A stretch of DNA of 51,612 bases from Octopus bimaculoides (Eukaryota), in the NCBI RefSeq assembly GCF_001194135.2, contig NC_068998.1, forward strand, positions 16,363,597 through 16,415,208. The letters run 5' to 3'. Within the stretch, counting starts at the first letter, position 1. The number at the start of each line of letters is the position of its first letter. A program made the position numbers and the translations under genes. The notes beneath the pieces were generated by a model. It did not search any database. It saw only the letters and a list, made by a program, of their open reading frames with translations, and was not told the DNA's origin. Below, piece after piece: positions 13,101 to 26,934 of the stretch.

Positions 13101-15930
13101 CGTAAAATTAACTCAGCAAAGACCAAAGTTCTAGTAAGCAGGAAAACAGACAAATTTCTAATTTCCTTCAAATAAATGGCCCTGATCAATACGTAGAAAA
13201 GGTTTTGGTAGAAATTCCATACAGTACACCCAGTGCAAACTGTAGACATCTAAGAGGTATAGTAGACCAACAGGAAGGTTAACAGAGAAAGTAGGTTTTG
13301 TATGCAGCAGATGAGCAGAAGCAATATATAATAAGAATTTACAAGAAATAAACTGTCTTGAATGCCCAGGAGGGTTCTTGGAGATAGTAGATAATTTCAG
13401 TTACCTAGGTGACCTAATTAACAGTGGGGGAGGATGCACTGAATGCATAGTCATTAAAATAAGAATCAGTGGGAGAAAGTTCAGAGAGCTGTTACCTTCA
13501 TTGGAAACAAAAGGTCTCTCTCTCTCTCAGCATGAAAGGCACATTGTATGATGCTTGTATATGAACAGTAATGCCACATGGAAGTGAAACATGCACCATA
13601 AATGCAGAGGACATGCAAAAGCTAGAAAGAAACAAGTTAGCATTCTCTGTTGGATGTGCAACATCAGTGTGCATGTACAACAAAATGCAAATTGTGATGA
13701 GAGAAAAATTTGGCACAAGAGGCATCAGATGAAGTGTGCAAGACAGAAGACTGATCTGGTATAGTCATGTAAATCATATGGATGTGGACAGCTGCGTAAA
13801 GATGTGTTGATTGCTAAGTGTGGATGGAACCTGTGGAAAAGAGTGATTCAGGAAGATGAGGGACAAAGTAGTGAAGAATGATCTTTAGATGTTGAGCTCT
13901 GGAAGAGGTCAAAAGGACCAAGATGATTGGTGATTTTCTGTGTTCAAAAAGACCTGTCCATTTCAGCAAAAATGAGGCCCTAAAAGCATATCATTTATGT
14001 CTATGCACCCGAACCTAATCTATCCCTCGTATGTCTTTTGCCCACAACTCATCTAACACCCGCCTTTCCATCATTCTTCTGACCATGACAATGCTCACTC
14101 AGCTGATGTAATTATACAAGAGCAGAATTGCAAATATTGCATCTCCCATTTTTCTGTGTTCTCACCCACCCTTCCTGAAACCACTTCCATTGTCACTTGC
14201 ATTCTCAATATCATTCCTTACAACCTTATTTTCTTCTGAAATCCTCTTTCACCTCCACTTCACCCCTGTACACTCTCCCACTCTGCCTATGGAAGCCCCA
14301 CTACCTACCTTCACCTCCCACCATTTCCACCCCTATGTACCTCTGACCTCATCCCTGGCACAATGCATCTCTTGCACATCACCCACACTTCACCTTCACA
14401 TCACCAGTGTTGTATCTTATCACTTTCACCTTCTGCACCTCACAAAATTGATATTCAGCATTGACCATGCCTCCAACCTAGTTCACCATTCATTGCTTCA
14501 CTGCATTCACCTCAGTTTCTATCTCTAGTCATCTGCCACTCTCCTTTCACATTCTCGCAAACTTACCTACCCATTCATTCATTCTGTTCACTTATCTGGA
14601 ATACTTCTCTTATATTCACCTTCCTGTAACTTGAGAGTATGCACTAACATTTCTTCACCACCATCTTTTCTCATTTACAAGCTGGAGTAGCCATTTATCT
14701 CATTTACAGCAAAACACCTCTTTCTGTCTCCCTCTCATATTTCAACCTTTCATTACCTGGTATAAAGCCACCTTCCTCAAAACTACACTCCACTACCTCA
14801 ATTAAGAGGTCTTGTTTTACAAGTTATGTAACCTCATTGGTGCCAGTGACACAGAAAAATCACCCAGTTACACTCTGTGAAGTGGTTGGTGTTAGGAAGG
14901 GCATCCAGCCATAGAAACCCTGGCAAAGCAGACTTTGGAGCTTGATGCAGTCCTCTGACTCATTAGCTCTTGTCAAACCATCTAGCCCATGCCAGCATGG
15001 AAAACAAATGATAAACAGGGATGATGAGTATGAGGGAAATTTTTGCTTGCATTTTAATGTGGACCTTAATGCAGAAAATTACTAGACAAAATACAATATT
15101 ATTAGGGGCAGAAAATTTCAGGTTGACCATTTCAGCGTAGGGAAAACAAAAGCCATCAAGAGATGTGCAAATTGTCCAAACACCAAAGAATATTCAGGAA
15201 TTTTAAATAGAATATTTAGAATAGAATATTTTGGTGTTCTGCATGCATGCATTGTGCTGTATTAGCATTTCAGATCATAAGTTTGCAAAAGAAAATGTAT
15301 GTTGATTTAAATTTTTTTTATCAAATTATAATTGTGCAAGAAATCTATCAAAGCATTTGGAAAAGCCAGAAAACATTTGCAGAAAACATGCTTGCAATGT
15401 ACACAGATGACATGATTCTTCCCACAAGTTAATGAAGCACATATCTATTTGTCTGGTTGCATAAATAAGCATAACTTCTGTTACTGGTCAGACAGCAATC
15501 CATGATGAGTACATAAGTGCCTCCTTCGCTGCGAACATGAAACAGTGCAGTACTGTATGGCAAACGTCAGTGCAATAGGTCCTTATCTCTTTGAAAAAAG
15601 TGTAGATAAAATATCAGCAAATTATAATGATGGCATATTTATTTTGCACAACTTCTGTCTCCTAGAACTGAACAGCTGTGGCATTAATACTTCACTTATA
15701 CGGTTTCAACTAAGATGGAGCAAATGCCCACACAAAAGCTTTCACAAATATTACTAAAGCCATTGGAGGAGCTATGTGGTGAAGAAGCTTGCTTCCCAGC
15801 CACGTTTTCAGGTTCTGCCCTACTGTGTGGCACTCTGGGTAAGTATCCTCTACCATAGCTTTAGGCCATCCAAAGCCTTGTGAAATGATTTGATAGCTGG
15901 AAACTGAAAGAAACTCATCATATATTTGTA

Positions 15931-15972
<42 letters not shown>

Positions 15973-16397
15973 NNNNNNNNNNNNNNNNNNNNNNNNNNNN
16001 NNNNNNNNNNNNNNNNNNNNNNNNNNNNNNNNNNNNNNNNNNNNNNNNNNNNNNNNNNNNNNNNNNNNNNNNNNNNNNNNNNNNNNNNNNNNNNNNNNNN
16101 NNNNNNNNNNNNNNNNNNNNNNNNNNNNNNNNNNNNNNNNNNNNNNNNNNNNNNNNNNNNNNNNNNNNNNNNNNNNNNNNNNNNNNNNNNNNNNNNNNNN
16201 NNNNNNNNNNNNNNNNNNNNNNNNNNNNNNNNNNNNNNNNNNNNNNNNNNNNNNNNNNNNNNNNNNNNNNNNNNNNNNNNNNNNNNNNNNNNNNNNNNNN
16301 NNNNNNNNNNNNNNNNNNNNNNNNNNNNNNNNNNNNNNNNNNNNNNNNNNNNNNNNNNNNNNNNNNNNNNNNNNNNNNNNNNNNNNNNNNNNNNNNN

Positions 16398-16430
<33 letters not shown>

Positions 16431-16879
16431 AAGCACAGGTATAGATGTATGGTAAGAAGTTAGCTTCCTGACCATAAGTTTCAGGTTAAATTCCACACCA
16501 TGGTACCTTGGGAAAGTGTCTTCTACTATAGCCCTAGACCAACCAAAATCTTGACAAGTGGATTTGACAGACACAAACTGAAATCAGCTTGTCATATATT
16601 TGTGTGCATGTGTGTGTGTGTGCACGTGCATGCGTGCGTGCACTACTGTCTCCTTGTCTTGACATTTTGTGATAGTTGTAAACCACTGTCATCGTCAAGC
16701 TAGTTTTCTTCATTTCCGGTCTTCCATGAAAATCTGTCAAGTCATGGGGATATATTGCCTTACTTTAAACAGATGACAGTTAACAACAGGAAGGACATGC
16801 GACTGTAGAAAATCCATCGCAACAAACTCCATCTGACCCACACAAACACAGAAAAGTGGTAGTTACTAGTGATGATGAT

Positions 16880-16932
<53 letters not shown>

Positions 16933-17354
16933 TGCATATATTGGATTGAGAGAGATAGGATGATGGTGGGTTGGGGTAGAGCCAATTCTTNNNNNNNNNN
17001 NNNNNNNNNNNNNNNNNNNNNNNNNNNNNNNNNNNNNNNNNNNNNNNNNNNNNNNNNNNNNNNNNNNNNNNNNNNNNNNNNNNNNNNNNNNNNNNNNNNN
17101 NNNNNNNNNNNNNNNNNNNNNNNNNNNNNNNNNNNNNNNNNNNNNNNNNNNNNNNNNNNNNNNNNNNNNNNNNNNNNNNNNNNNNNNNNNNNNNNNNNNN
17201 NNNNNNNNNNNNNNNNNNNNNNNNNNNNNNNNNNNNNNNNNNNNNNNNNNNNNNNNNNNNNNNNNNNNNNNNNNNNNNNNNNNNNNNNNNNNNNNNNNNN
17301 NNNNNAGGAAGGAAGGAAGGAAGGAAGGAAGGAAGGAAGGAAGGAAGGAAGGAA

Positions 17355-17387
<33 letters not shown>

Positions 17388-17462
17388 GAAGGAAGGAAGG
17401 AAGGAAGGAAGGAAGGAAGAAAGAAAGAAAGAAAGGAAGGAAGGAAGGAAGGAAGGAAGGAA

Positions 17463-17507
<45 letters not shown>

Positions 17508-20500
17508 CAGGTGTACAGATAAACAGACAGATAGCTAGAGAGAAAGCGAGAGGCAAAGGGGCAGGCAGGCAGACAAACAGCCAACAGACTGACAGACATA
17601 TAGATGAAATGAGAGATGTATAGGTAGTTTAAGTGATAGATATATAGATTGGAAGATAAATAAAGTAATGGATAGAGAGATAAGCAGACAGGTGAATTGG
17701 GAGATATATAGATAAGTAGAGACTTAAAGTTAGAGACATATAGAGTAACAGATAGATATATAAAGGTAGGAAGATGGATAAAGTTGCAGATATGTAAATG
17801 AGCTGACAGATAAAGCTATAAACATATGGATAAAGAAGCAGATATATAGATTAGCAGACAGATTAAGCCTTAGATATATAAATAATCAAGTAGATAAAGC
17901 AAAGTAGCTAGTGAGAAAATCTCTATAACAGATGGAAGTAGGGACTATACTGAGAAGTAATGTTTATCGCCATATCAATATGGCTGTTTGACGTTACTAT
18001 CATTTTTAACATTGGAAAGAGCCTCCTCCAGCCAATTATCGATGCAATCTACACCCAGATGAAATGATCACCAGACTGGATGGTTTCAGGCAATTTGGCC
18101 CATCATCAGTGGTGAACACCCCACCACTTGCAATATCAGTGACTGATTGTTGCTTGGTCTTCTATATATTGTGAGCTGGGGTGAATTCCTGCTATTTCTA
18201 GCGGTCAGGTATTCACCACTGACAATGAGTACAAATAGCCCAAAACTGCCCTGGTGATCCCATCATCTACTAGAAGATGGTAGAAGGCACTGAGCTGGCA
18301 GAATCGTTAGCACGCCGGGCGAAATGCTTAGCGATATTTCATCTGCCATTACGTTCTGAGTTCAAATTCCGCTGAGGTCGACTTTGCTTTCATTCTTTCA
18401 GGGTCGATTAAATAAGTACCAGTTACGCACTGGGGTCAATGTAATCAATTTAATCCCTTTGTCTGTCCTTGTTTGTCCCCTCTATGTTTAGCCCCTTGTG
18501 GGCAATAAAGAAATAAGAAGCTGGTAGAAGTTCGCTCCCCTCTTGCAATATATACCAGGTGCAGATTGCATTGATAACCAGCTGCAAGTAGCTCTTCCTG
18601 GGGTCAAAAATTGGTAGTAATGTCAAACAGCCAGATTGATGTGGTGATAAACAAACATTAATTCCAAGCAGATAAAGTTGTAGATATATTGAAAGGTAGA
18701 TGAATACAGTGGAAGGTATTAAATAGGCAGGTAGATAATGCAGTGATAGATGGATGAACAAACATATAGATTGGTGCAGGCATGGCTGGGTAATTAAGAA
18801 GCTCACTTTGCAACAGTGTGTGTGGTCTCAGGTTCAATCCAATTCTATGGCACCTTGGGCAAGTGTCATCTGCTGCAGCTTCTGGCTGACCCACGCCTAG
18901 TGAATGAATTTGGTAGATTAGAAACTATGTGGAAGCTGGTTGGATGTGTGTGTGTGTGTGTCTATGTATATGCACACGTGTGAGTGTGTATGCATGTGAG
19001 TGTTTGTGTTTAACTCCCCAACTGCTTCACAACCGCTATTGCTTTGTTTACATCCCAGCAACTTGACAATTTGGCAAAAGCGACCAATAGCATAAGTACC
19101 AGACTTTAAAGAAAGAATAAACATTTGTCCATTTGCTTAACTAAAATTCTTCGAGGCAATGCCCCAGCATGACCATAGTCCAATGACTAAAACAAGTAAA
19201 AATGGAAAAAGACAGGCAGGCAGATAAGACAGTGGATGGACGGACAGACAGACAGATGGACAAGTATACAGATAGGCAGACAAGCATACAGGTGTTCAGA
19301 TCAACAGACAGTCATAGTGCAATCCATCTGACTAGAAAATTCACCTCATTCATTTGCTGCTCCCTGGCAGCCTGTATTTCTTCCAACCGCTTTTCTTTCT
19401 CACTCAGATGTTCTACTGTCTTCTCTTTCCACAACTCAAGATATCTGTTGATCCTGAAATAAAGATATGGATATTGCATCATAAGTAGTGAGTCTTTAAT
19501 TAGATGAGTGAGGATAATACAATCCTTGGACACATCTTGCAAATGAGTGTCCCGTCTAAGTGATTTCTCAGCCTGCTAGAAATAGAATCCAAGACTCCTT
19601 TTCCTTTCATCCTACCATCATAAAAAGGGGAGGACAGAAGGTGCTAACCAACAAAAGAGAATTCAAGTAATCATTGACTTACTTCAAATAGCAAAATACC
19701 ACTAAGCATTTTGTCCTGTATGCTGACAATTCTGCCTGCTCACCATTTTAGTTCTAAACTCAAATATTACCAGGGTTCACACACACACACAAGGTAACAA
19801 GTACAAAGGCTGATTTCACCATCCTCCTCCTCATCATCACTATCATCATTTAATGTCTCTTTTTCCATGCAGGCATGAGTTGTACGGTTCAACATGAGCC
19901 AATGATCCAGAGAAATACTCTAAGCTCCAATGCCTGCTTTGGCATGGTTTCTACAGCTTCCTAAGGCCAACCACTTTACAGAATGTTCTTGAAACATTTT
20001 TCATGGTAGCAGTACTAGGGAGGTCACCAGGATTTCTCAACTGAGTTATATTTTTATAATGCATATTAGATGTGAATGGAATTATTATAACAGAAGACTA
20101 AGACCAGAGGATAAACAACAGATTTACTGCTACAACTTGACCTTAGGTTCTCAACCAGCACCCATATGACCCTTGAGGTTCCTTATAAGATTTTGTTGTT
20201 AAAATTTAGGTGCAATAAACTGGCTAAATTTCCACAATGCACAAAATATTTTAACAATTTCTTTACATATTTCCTAATAATATCTTCCTTTTATCTCTTA
20301 CATGCTTCAGTCTTTAGACTGCAGCCATGCTGGGGCACTGCCTTGAAGAAATTTTTGTCGAATGAATTGACTCTAGTACTTATTTTTAAGTCTGATACTT
20401 ATATTCTGTCAGTCTCTTTTTTCTAAACCACTAGGTTATGTGGATGTAAACAAACCATCACTGGTTGTCAAGTGGTGGGAGGGGGTACAAATACAAACAC

Positions 20501-23500
20501 ACACACAGATATATATAAATATATATGTAACATATGGTACAATTATAAACAAGGAAAATTTTAGCCATTTCTCCGCAGACTGAAAAAAATGATGAGCAAC
20601 CTTATTGGGTTCTCATCAGAGGCATCTACAACATTCTGACAGTCTCCAGAGAAACAAGCAGCCAAATTGTTTATATACTCAACAAATGCAGCAGTTACTC
20701 TATGAAGGAGTTCTTAATTTGCATACCGAAAGTGTTTAATACCCTATAAATACAAGTGGCCTGTCAATGGGGATCTTAGTCTACGCAGTATCAAGGAATC
20801 ATATAATACACATGTGATATATATATATATGTGATGGATTTCTTTCAGTTTCCATCTACCATATCCACACACAAGGTTTTGGTTGGCCCAAGGTCATAGC
20901 AGAAGACACTTTCCCAAGGTGCCATGCAGTGGGACTGAGCCCAGAACCATGTGGTTGAGAAGTTAACTTCTTACCACATAGACATGGAAAAAATATAATA
21001 GGATTTTTTAAAACATCAAATAGTTATGGGGGTCCAGTAGAGTGAAATAAGAATCAAAGGAAATCCATGGACAAAAAGCAGTTGAGAACCACTGATCTAA
21101 AGTAGCCATGAACAAGCAATAAGTCTTATAGTCTTCAAGACAGAGGTGGGGGAGTAGAAACATATGTTGAGACATTCCTACTGATTCCTAACATCAAAAA
21201 CAGAAAATGTTGAATAACAATAAAACGAGGAACCTACTCTGAATTATCACTGAATCAATCTAACAGAAAGCTTACCCTAACGCAGCACTGCTCATTGTCA
21301 CCAAACTTACCTCTTCATATTTGAAGCATGACTAATTTCTCGGTGTAATCGATCCTCACGTGCCTTCTGGGCTTTCATGCTAGCTGAGCAGGTGTGTGTC
21401 TGGACTTTTTGCTGTGTAAGAAAGATGAATAAAATGGCAAAATAAAGATCAGTCCTGAGAATTCAAGAATGCATTAAGGAAAGTTGCATCACAAAAAGGC
21501 ATTGAATTGAGAAATATAATGCCTTGAACTATGTTATATGTGATACCAATCTTGCTGATGACTGGCTCTTGTGCGGGTGGCACATAAAATACACCATTTC
21601 GAGCATGGCCGTTGCCAGTACCTCCTGACTGGCCTTCGTGCCGGTGGCACGTAAAAGCACCCACTACACTCTCGGAGTGGTTGGGGTTAGGAAGGGCATC
21701 CAGCTGTAGAAACTCTGCCAAATCAGATTTGGAGCCTGGTGCAGCCATCTGGTTTCACCAGTCCTCAGTCAAATCGTCCAACCCATGCTAGCATGGAAAG
21801 CGGACGTTAAACGATGATGATGATGATGATGATGACAGCTGGAATGTCTTTGATCATGGCCTATAACAACACCTTTGACAAAAACAGCAAAAGTAATACC
21901 TCTTCAGTAAGTTCTTCCACTCCCTTTCTGCCACAACACTTTTCCTTCTCTCCTTGGTGTTTGAGATTTCGGCTTCTTTCAAGTCTCTTATCAAAGATTT
22001 TTCTGAAACAGACGGAAATAAGAGGAAGATTCTGTTTTACAATCTGAAGGAGAGAAAAAAAATCATAAGTTAAAGTGATTTATGAAAAAATAATTCTTTA
22101 CTTATTTCAGTCATTAGACTGTGGCCATGCTGGGGCACCACCTTGAAGAATTTTAGTAAAGTAAATCAACCCCAGTACTTATTCTTTTACTTTTTAAAAC
22201 TTGGTACTAATTATATTGCTCTCTTTTTGCTGAACCACTAAGTTACAGGGATGTAAACACACCAACACGAGTTGTTAAGCAGAGATGGGGGACAAACACA
22301 CACACACACATACATATACATATAATGGGCTTCGTTTAGTTTCTGTTTACCGAATGCACCCACAAGGCTTTGGTTGGCCTGAGGCTATTGTAGAAAGCAC
22401 TTGCTCGAGGTGCCACACAGTGGGACTGAACCTAGAATCATGTGGTTAAGAAGGAAACTTCTTACTACTTTTCAGAACCCTTGTTTTTGAAAGGTTTAGA
22501 GTTAAGAATATTGTGTGTGTGTCTACATACATACATACATACACAGATACATGCATACATGCATACATGCATACATGCACACATACATACATACATACAT
22601 ACATGCATACATGCATACATACATACATACATACATACATACATACAAATATGAATACAAATGTCTTCTTTCAGTTTCTGTCTACCAAATCCATTCACCT
22701 CACAGCCGTGGCTGTGCCTGGAAAAATATTAAAAAGCTGAGTGATGGTTGAAACAGCTTTGATCAAAGGTCTGGTCTATTAGGATTGACCAGGGGTTAAA
22801 CAATACCACCCCTACCACTATCCTTATTATCATCACCATAACTGCCAGAGATATTTTGCTTGTAATAAAAAAGAAAAAAAACAAAGCACACACAATGCTA
22901 TTGTTTCTTCTTCACTTTACCGTTTATATTTTTGCAAAGCAACACGTTCACTGTTAAGTTTATCCAAATTGCCCATCACTTGTCCCTGTTGTTGTGCAAG
23001 GACTTGAGATAGACTCTCACAAACATCCCTGAAACCGAACAGAAAGTTCATAAATATAATATAAATCAGTAAGCAAGCTGGAATGTAATTAAGTATAATT
23101 TAAGTATGTATACACATGGAGTCTCCTAGCATACTTTTTGTACAAGGGAGATAATCATTTCTTCATGATATGTGATAGAATTAGAAGTATGAATCTGAAA
23201 TTATGAAATATGGAAGATGCATAGAATATACATATTCAATGTTTTTTTGCTTACTCATTACAAAGTTCTTAAACTATCTAGTCTTTGGTAATCATGTGAA
23301 CAACTATTTCATTCTTTTTAGAAATTGTCAGTATTAAATATAAAAAATTCTCAGTTCAAACTGGAAGAAGTTAATAAGCTGACAAAAAGAAATCTGATAT
23401 TTCAGTTAAGGATTTCCTTCAGAAAGAGGCTTGACTAGAACCTAAGATATCTCCTCTCTCTCATTACATACTTATGTATTCGACTTGTGTGAAATTTTTC

Positions 23501-24738
23501 CCACTAATTATTTGCTAACACAAACCATCATCAGGTTCCTCTAATTCTTGTTTCACTGAGTATAATTAACTCTTTTCTAACCATATTTGTACTGGATTTC
23601 ACTGTCCGTGAAAGATTCAGCAAAATAAGTTATCATTCCCTTATAAAACTAGTGTTTTGGGACATAACTTGAAAAAATGTTCTCTCAGAAAATTATGGAT
23701 TGAAATGGATCCACTTGTATGACAGCGGCACTCATTTACAACTATCATGTGATGTCAAGACAAGGAGAAATGAATATACACATACTCAAACACATTTACA
23801 TATATTGTGTGTGTGTGTGGGGGGGGGGTGTAGTAACTAAATGTGCTACAAACACATATATTGCAAAAAATAGTAGTTAAAGCACTTGTAACTGCAGAAA
23901 AGCACATTTATCTACCCTGTCAGTTTATATAGTGACGGTAGATAACTGCCCCATTTACAACTATCACGTGATGTCAAGACAAGGAGAAACAAATATACAC
24001 ACATACACATTTACATATATTGTGTGTGTGTGTGTGTGCGTGCGTACATACATACATACATATACAATGGGCTTCATTCAGTTTCTTATTTCTTTATTGC
24101 CCACAAGGGGCTAAACATAGAGGGGACAAACAAGGACAGACAAAGGGATTAAGTCGATTACATCGACCCCACTGCGTAACTGGCACTTAATTTATCGACC
24201 CCGAAAGGATGAAAGGCAAAGTCGACCTCGGCGGAATTTGAACTCAGAACGTAATGGCAGACAAAATACTGCTAAGCATTTCGCCTGGCATGCTAACGTT
24301 TCTGCCAGCTCGCCGCCTTCTTTCAGTTTCTGTCTACCAAATCCATTCACCACACAGCCATGCCTGTGTCTGCACAATTTTATCCTAATGGGAATTGTCA
24401 ACAGTGTGCCTCCATCATTCCCATGGAATAGCTATATGTATTAGCAAAATGCTAAATTGCATTGTATGAAATTAATATGGGCAGCTAGGTGCAATATAAA
24501 CCACATAGGCAAAACTTAGTCATCGCTAATTGTGACTGCATCTGCTACAAGTACATATATTGCTAGAAATAACAATTAAACAATTTATAGCTGCAAAAAA
24601 GCACATTGATCTATACTGACAGGGTAGATAACTGCCCCATGAGCAAAGCAAAACTAGATCACTGGACTGCACTGTTTCATCTTAATGGAAATTGTCAACT
24701 GCCTCTATCACTTCTATGGAACAGCTAATTCCCTCTGT

Positions 24739-24774
<36 letters not shown>

Positions 24775-25957
24775 CAAATGATATATGAGCATATGCCTGT
24801 ATACATACATATATGTACATACCTACATCTACATGTATATATAGATGCATATCCGGGTACAGGACGTCAGAAAAGGAATGGGAACATAAGCAAAGCACAA
24901 AAAACAGACTTTTTTTTTTACGGACAACAGAACGAACACATAGGAAAACAGACGAGCCACTTATGGAACTTTTCCTTCATCAGCTGCCTCTATTCTAAAC
25001 TAGGTGTTTCTAAGATGACCAAGCACTTACAGTCACAATTAGTGACAACTAAATTTGACCTATACTTTCTTCTCTCTGTTGTTGGTTTTGAATTGTCATT
25101 GATGCTTCTGTAAATTTTGTTTTTTTCTTGGTAGGTATACTGGCCATATGCAAGCTTGTTTTTACCTTTGGGAAGAGGTGGTTCATATCTGTTTGGCATC
25201 TAACAATTTGACCTGTTCAGTATGAAAGACCTTGCAATCTGCCTTAATAAATTCCATCTAATCCAAACAAATATGGAAAAGTAAATGCTAAAACAGTGAT
25301 GATGACAGGTAGAAAAGGGGGAACTGTAAACATTACTGAAGTGGGTGGGGGGATACTGTGACAGAGTTGAAAAAGTAGGGATCCAACTGGAGAGAAGTAA
25401 AAAAAATAAACAGCCCAGATTCAAAAACAGTGGAAAAATGCCATCAATGACCTATGCTCCATAGGGAGCAAAGGGGTTAAAAAAGAAAGGAAATCTGAAA
25501 AGTATTTCCTCCAACTCTCTACTGGTTCTATCAAACCATGTTGCTTTTAGAATTAAAAATATAAAAGAAGAAAAATTATCACAAACCTTTCCTGTGTATT
25601 TAAAAACTCTTTTTGTGTTTTATACTTATTAAAACGTTCGGTGTTGATTTTCTTAATTTTCTGTAAATAAGTAGAATTAGTGATTATTTATGTAGACAGG
25701 CTGGAACCCATATACAGGGTGTCCACAAAGTTTGGGTACATTGGGATTAACACATACTTTAAGAAATTATTATTTCTTATATTTAATTGCTTATGCTATG
25801 ATTTTATTTACTCCATGTACTCACATTGGGATTAACGCATACTTTAAGAAATTATTATTTGTTATATTTAATTGTTTATGTATTGATTTTATTTACTCCA
25901 CGCACCCAAACTTTGTGGACACCCTGTACATATGAGTGTATGTGTGTGCATGTATGT

Positions 25958-25988
<31 letters not shown>

Positions 25989-26896
25989 CGTGTGTGTGTG
26001 TATGTGTGTGTGTGTCTCCTTAGCTTGCCTAAAATCATCCTTCTCTCTTTCTCTCTCTCTCTCTCTCTTGTTCTTCTTTCAGTTGTTTGGTCCCTCTTTA
26101 GTATCTTTAGTCTTGTGAGTTGCAAAGCAATCTTGCCAGTTCTGTACCATGAAAAAGGTTCTCAGTACACTGTCAGACATGAGCCTAGTGGTTAGCTTCT
26201 CTCACAATTTGCTGTAAACATTCATGTGGTGCTCCTTAATGGTATCCTTGGAACAAGTCAATTGACCAATCCTCTTCTGACTGAGGAGCTACTTCATCAA
26301 CAGAAGTTAGCCACAAATACACCTCTCTTCCTCATCTTCTCCTTTCATCTCCTTCTGTGGCTTACTGCTTTTGTTGGCACCAGAGCTCCTCCCTAAGGAT
26401 TGTCCAAAGTTCTGTTAGGTGAGCTTTAGTCTTTTCAACCACCCCCACATCCATATTTGTTTCAAAACACAATTTCACATCAGGAAACTTGCAAAACAAA
26501 TACATAAACCCTACAAAAGAGTTGGGAACATTGACAAGCCCCCCCTTTTGTACCTCTGGATTAATCTATGAACTAAACAAATATTTTTTTGTTTTTACTT
26601 GAGCCCTTGGACACATAAAGTCAGTTACACAGTGCCTATGGTATATAAGTGACTGTGATCATAACGTTCCTTTTGAATGGAACACTAGTCTGTTCTAAGC
26701 ATCTTGCCCAACATGCTAACCATTCTGCCAGCTCATCACCTTAACACTTTAGCATTCAGATTACTCTGTCATATGTGATGCATAGCAGGATACTTATTTT
26801 TAAAAAGTCTTGCACGTATTCTATCAGTCATTTTTGCTTAACTGCTAAGATACAGGGACATAAACAAACCAACAGTAGTAGTAGTCAAATGGAGGT

Positions 26897-26934
<38 letters not shown>

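Larger units (their letters stand above)
17950..18670. mobile_element. head-to-head inverted Penelope-like terminal-repeat pair
   Basis: The reverse complement of 17950-18140 aligns by eye with 18190-18670 (e.g. gtagattgcatcgataa / gcagattgcattgataa; gtcaaacagcc in both). Both arms carry a hammerhead motif. Confidence 0.6.

Noticed and set aside
20590-20622. Hairpin tgatgagcaaccttattgggttctcatca containing CUGAUGA on the minus strand
   Set aside because: No GAAA after stem II; cannot be folded as a hammerhead.
23526-23555. Possible 30-nt exon (V)KQELEEPDD
   Set aside because: Phase 1->1 fits neither neighbour, the donor gtttgt is weak, and it lies only 22 nt from exon 7.
25130-25199. Similar peptides YEPPLPKGKNKLAYGQYTY and YGLPLSKGKNGFAWDQYAY (at about 50700-50760), suggesting duplicated exons
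   Set aside because: Both are copies of the same dispersed retroelement leader; frames close with stops.
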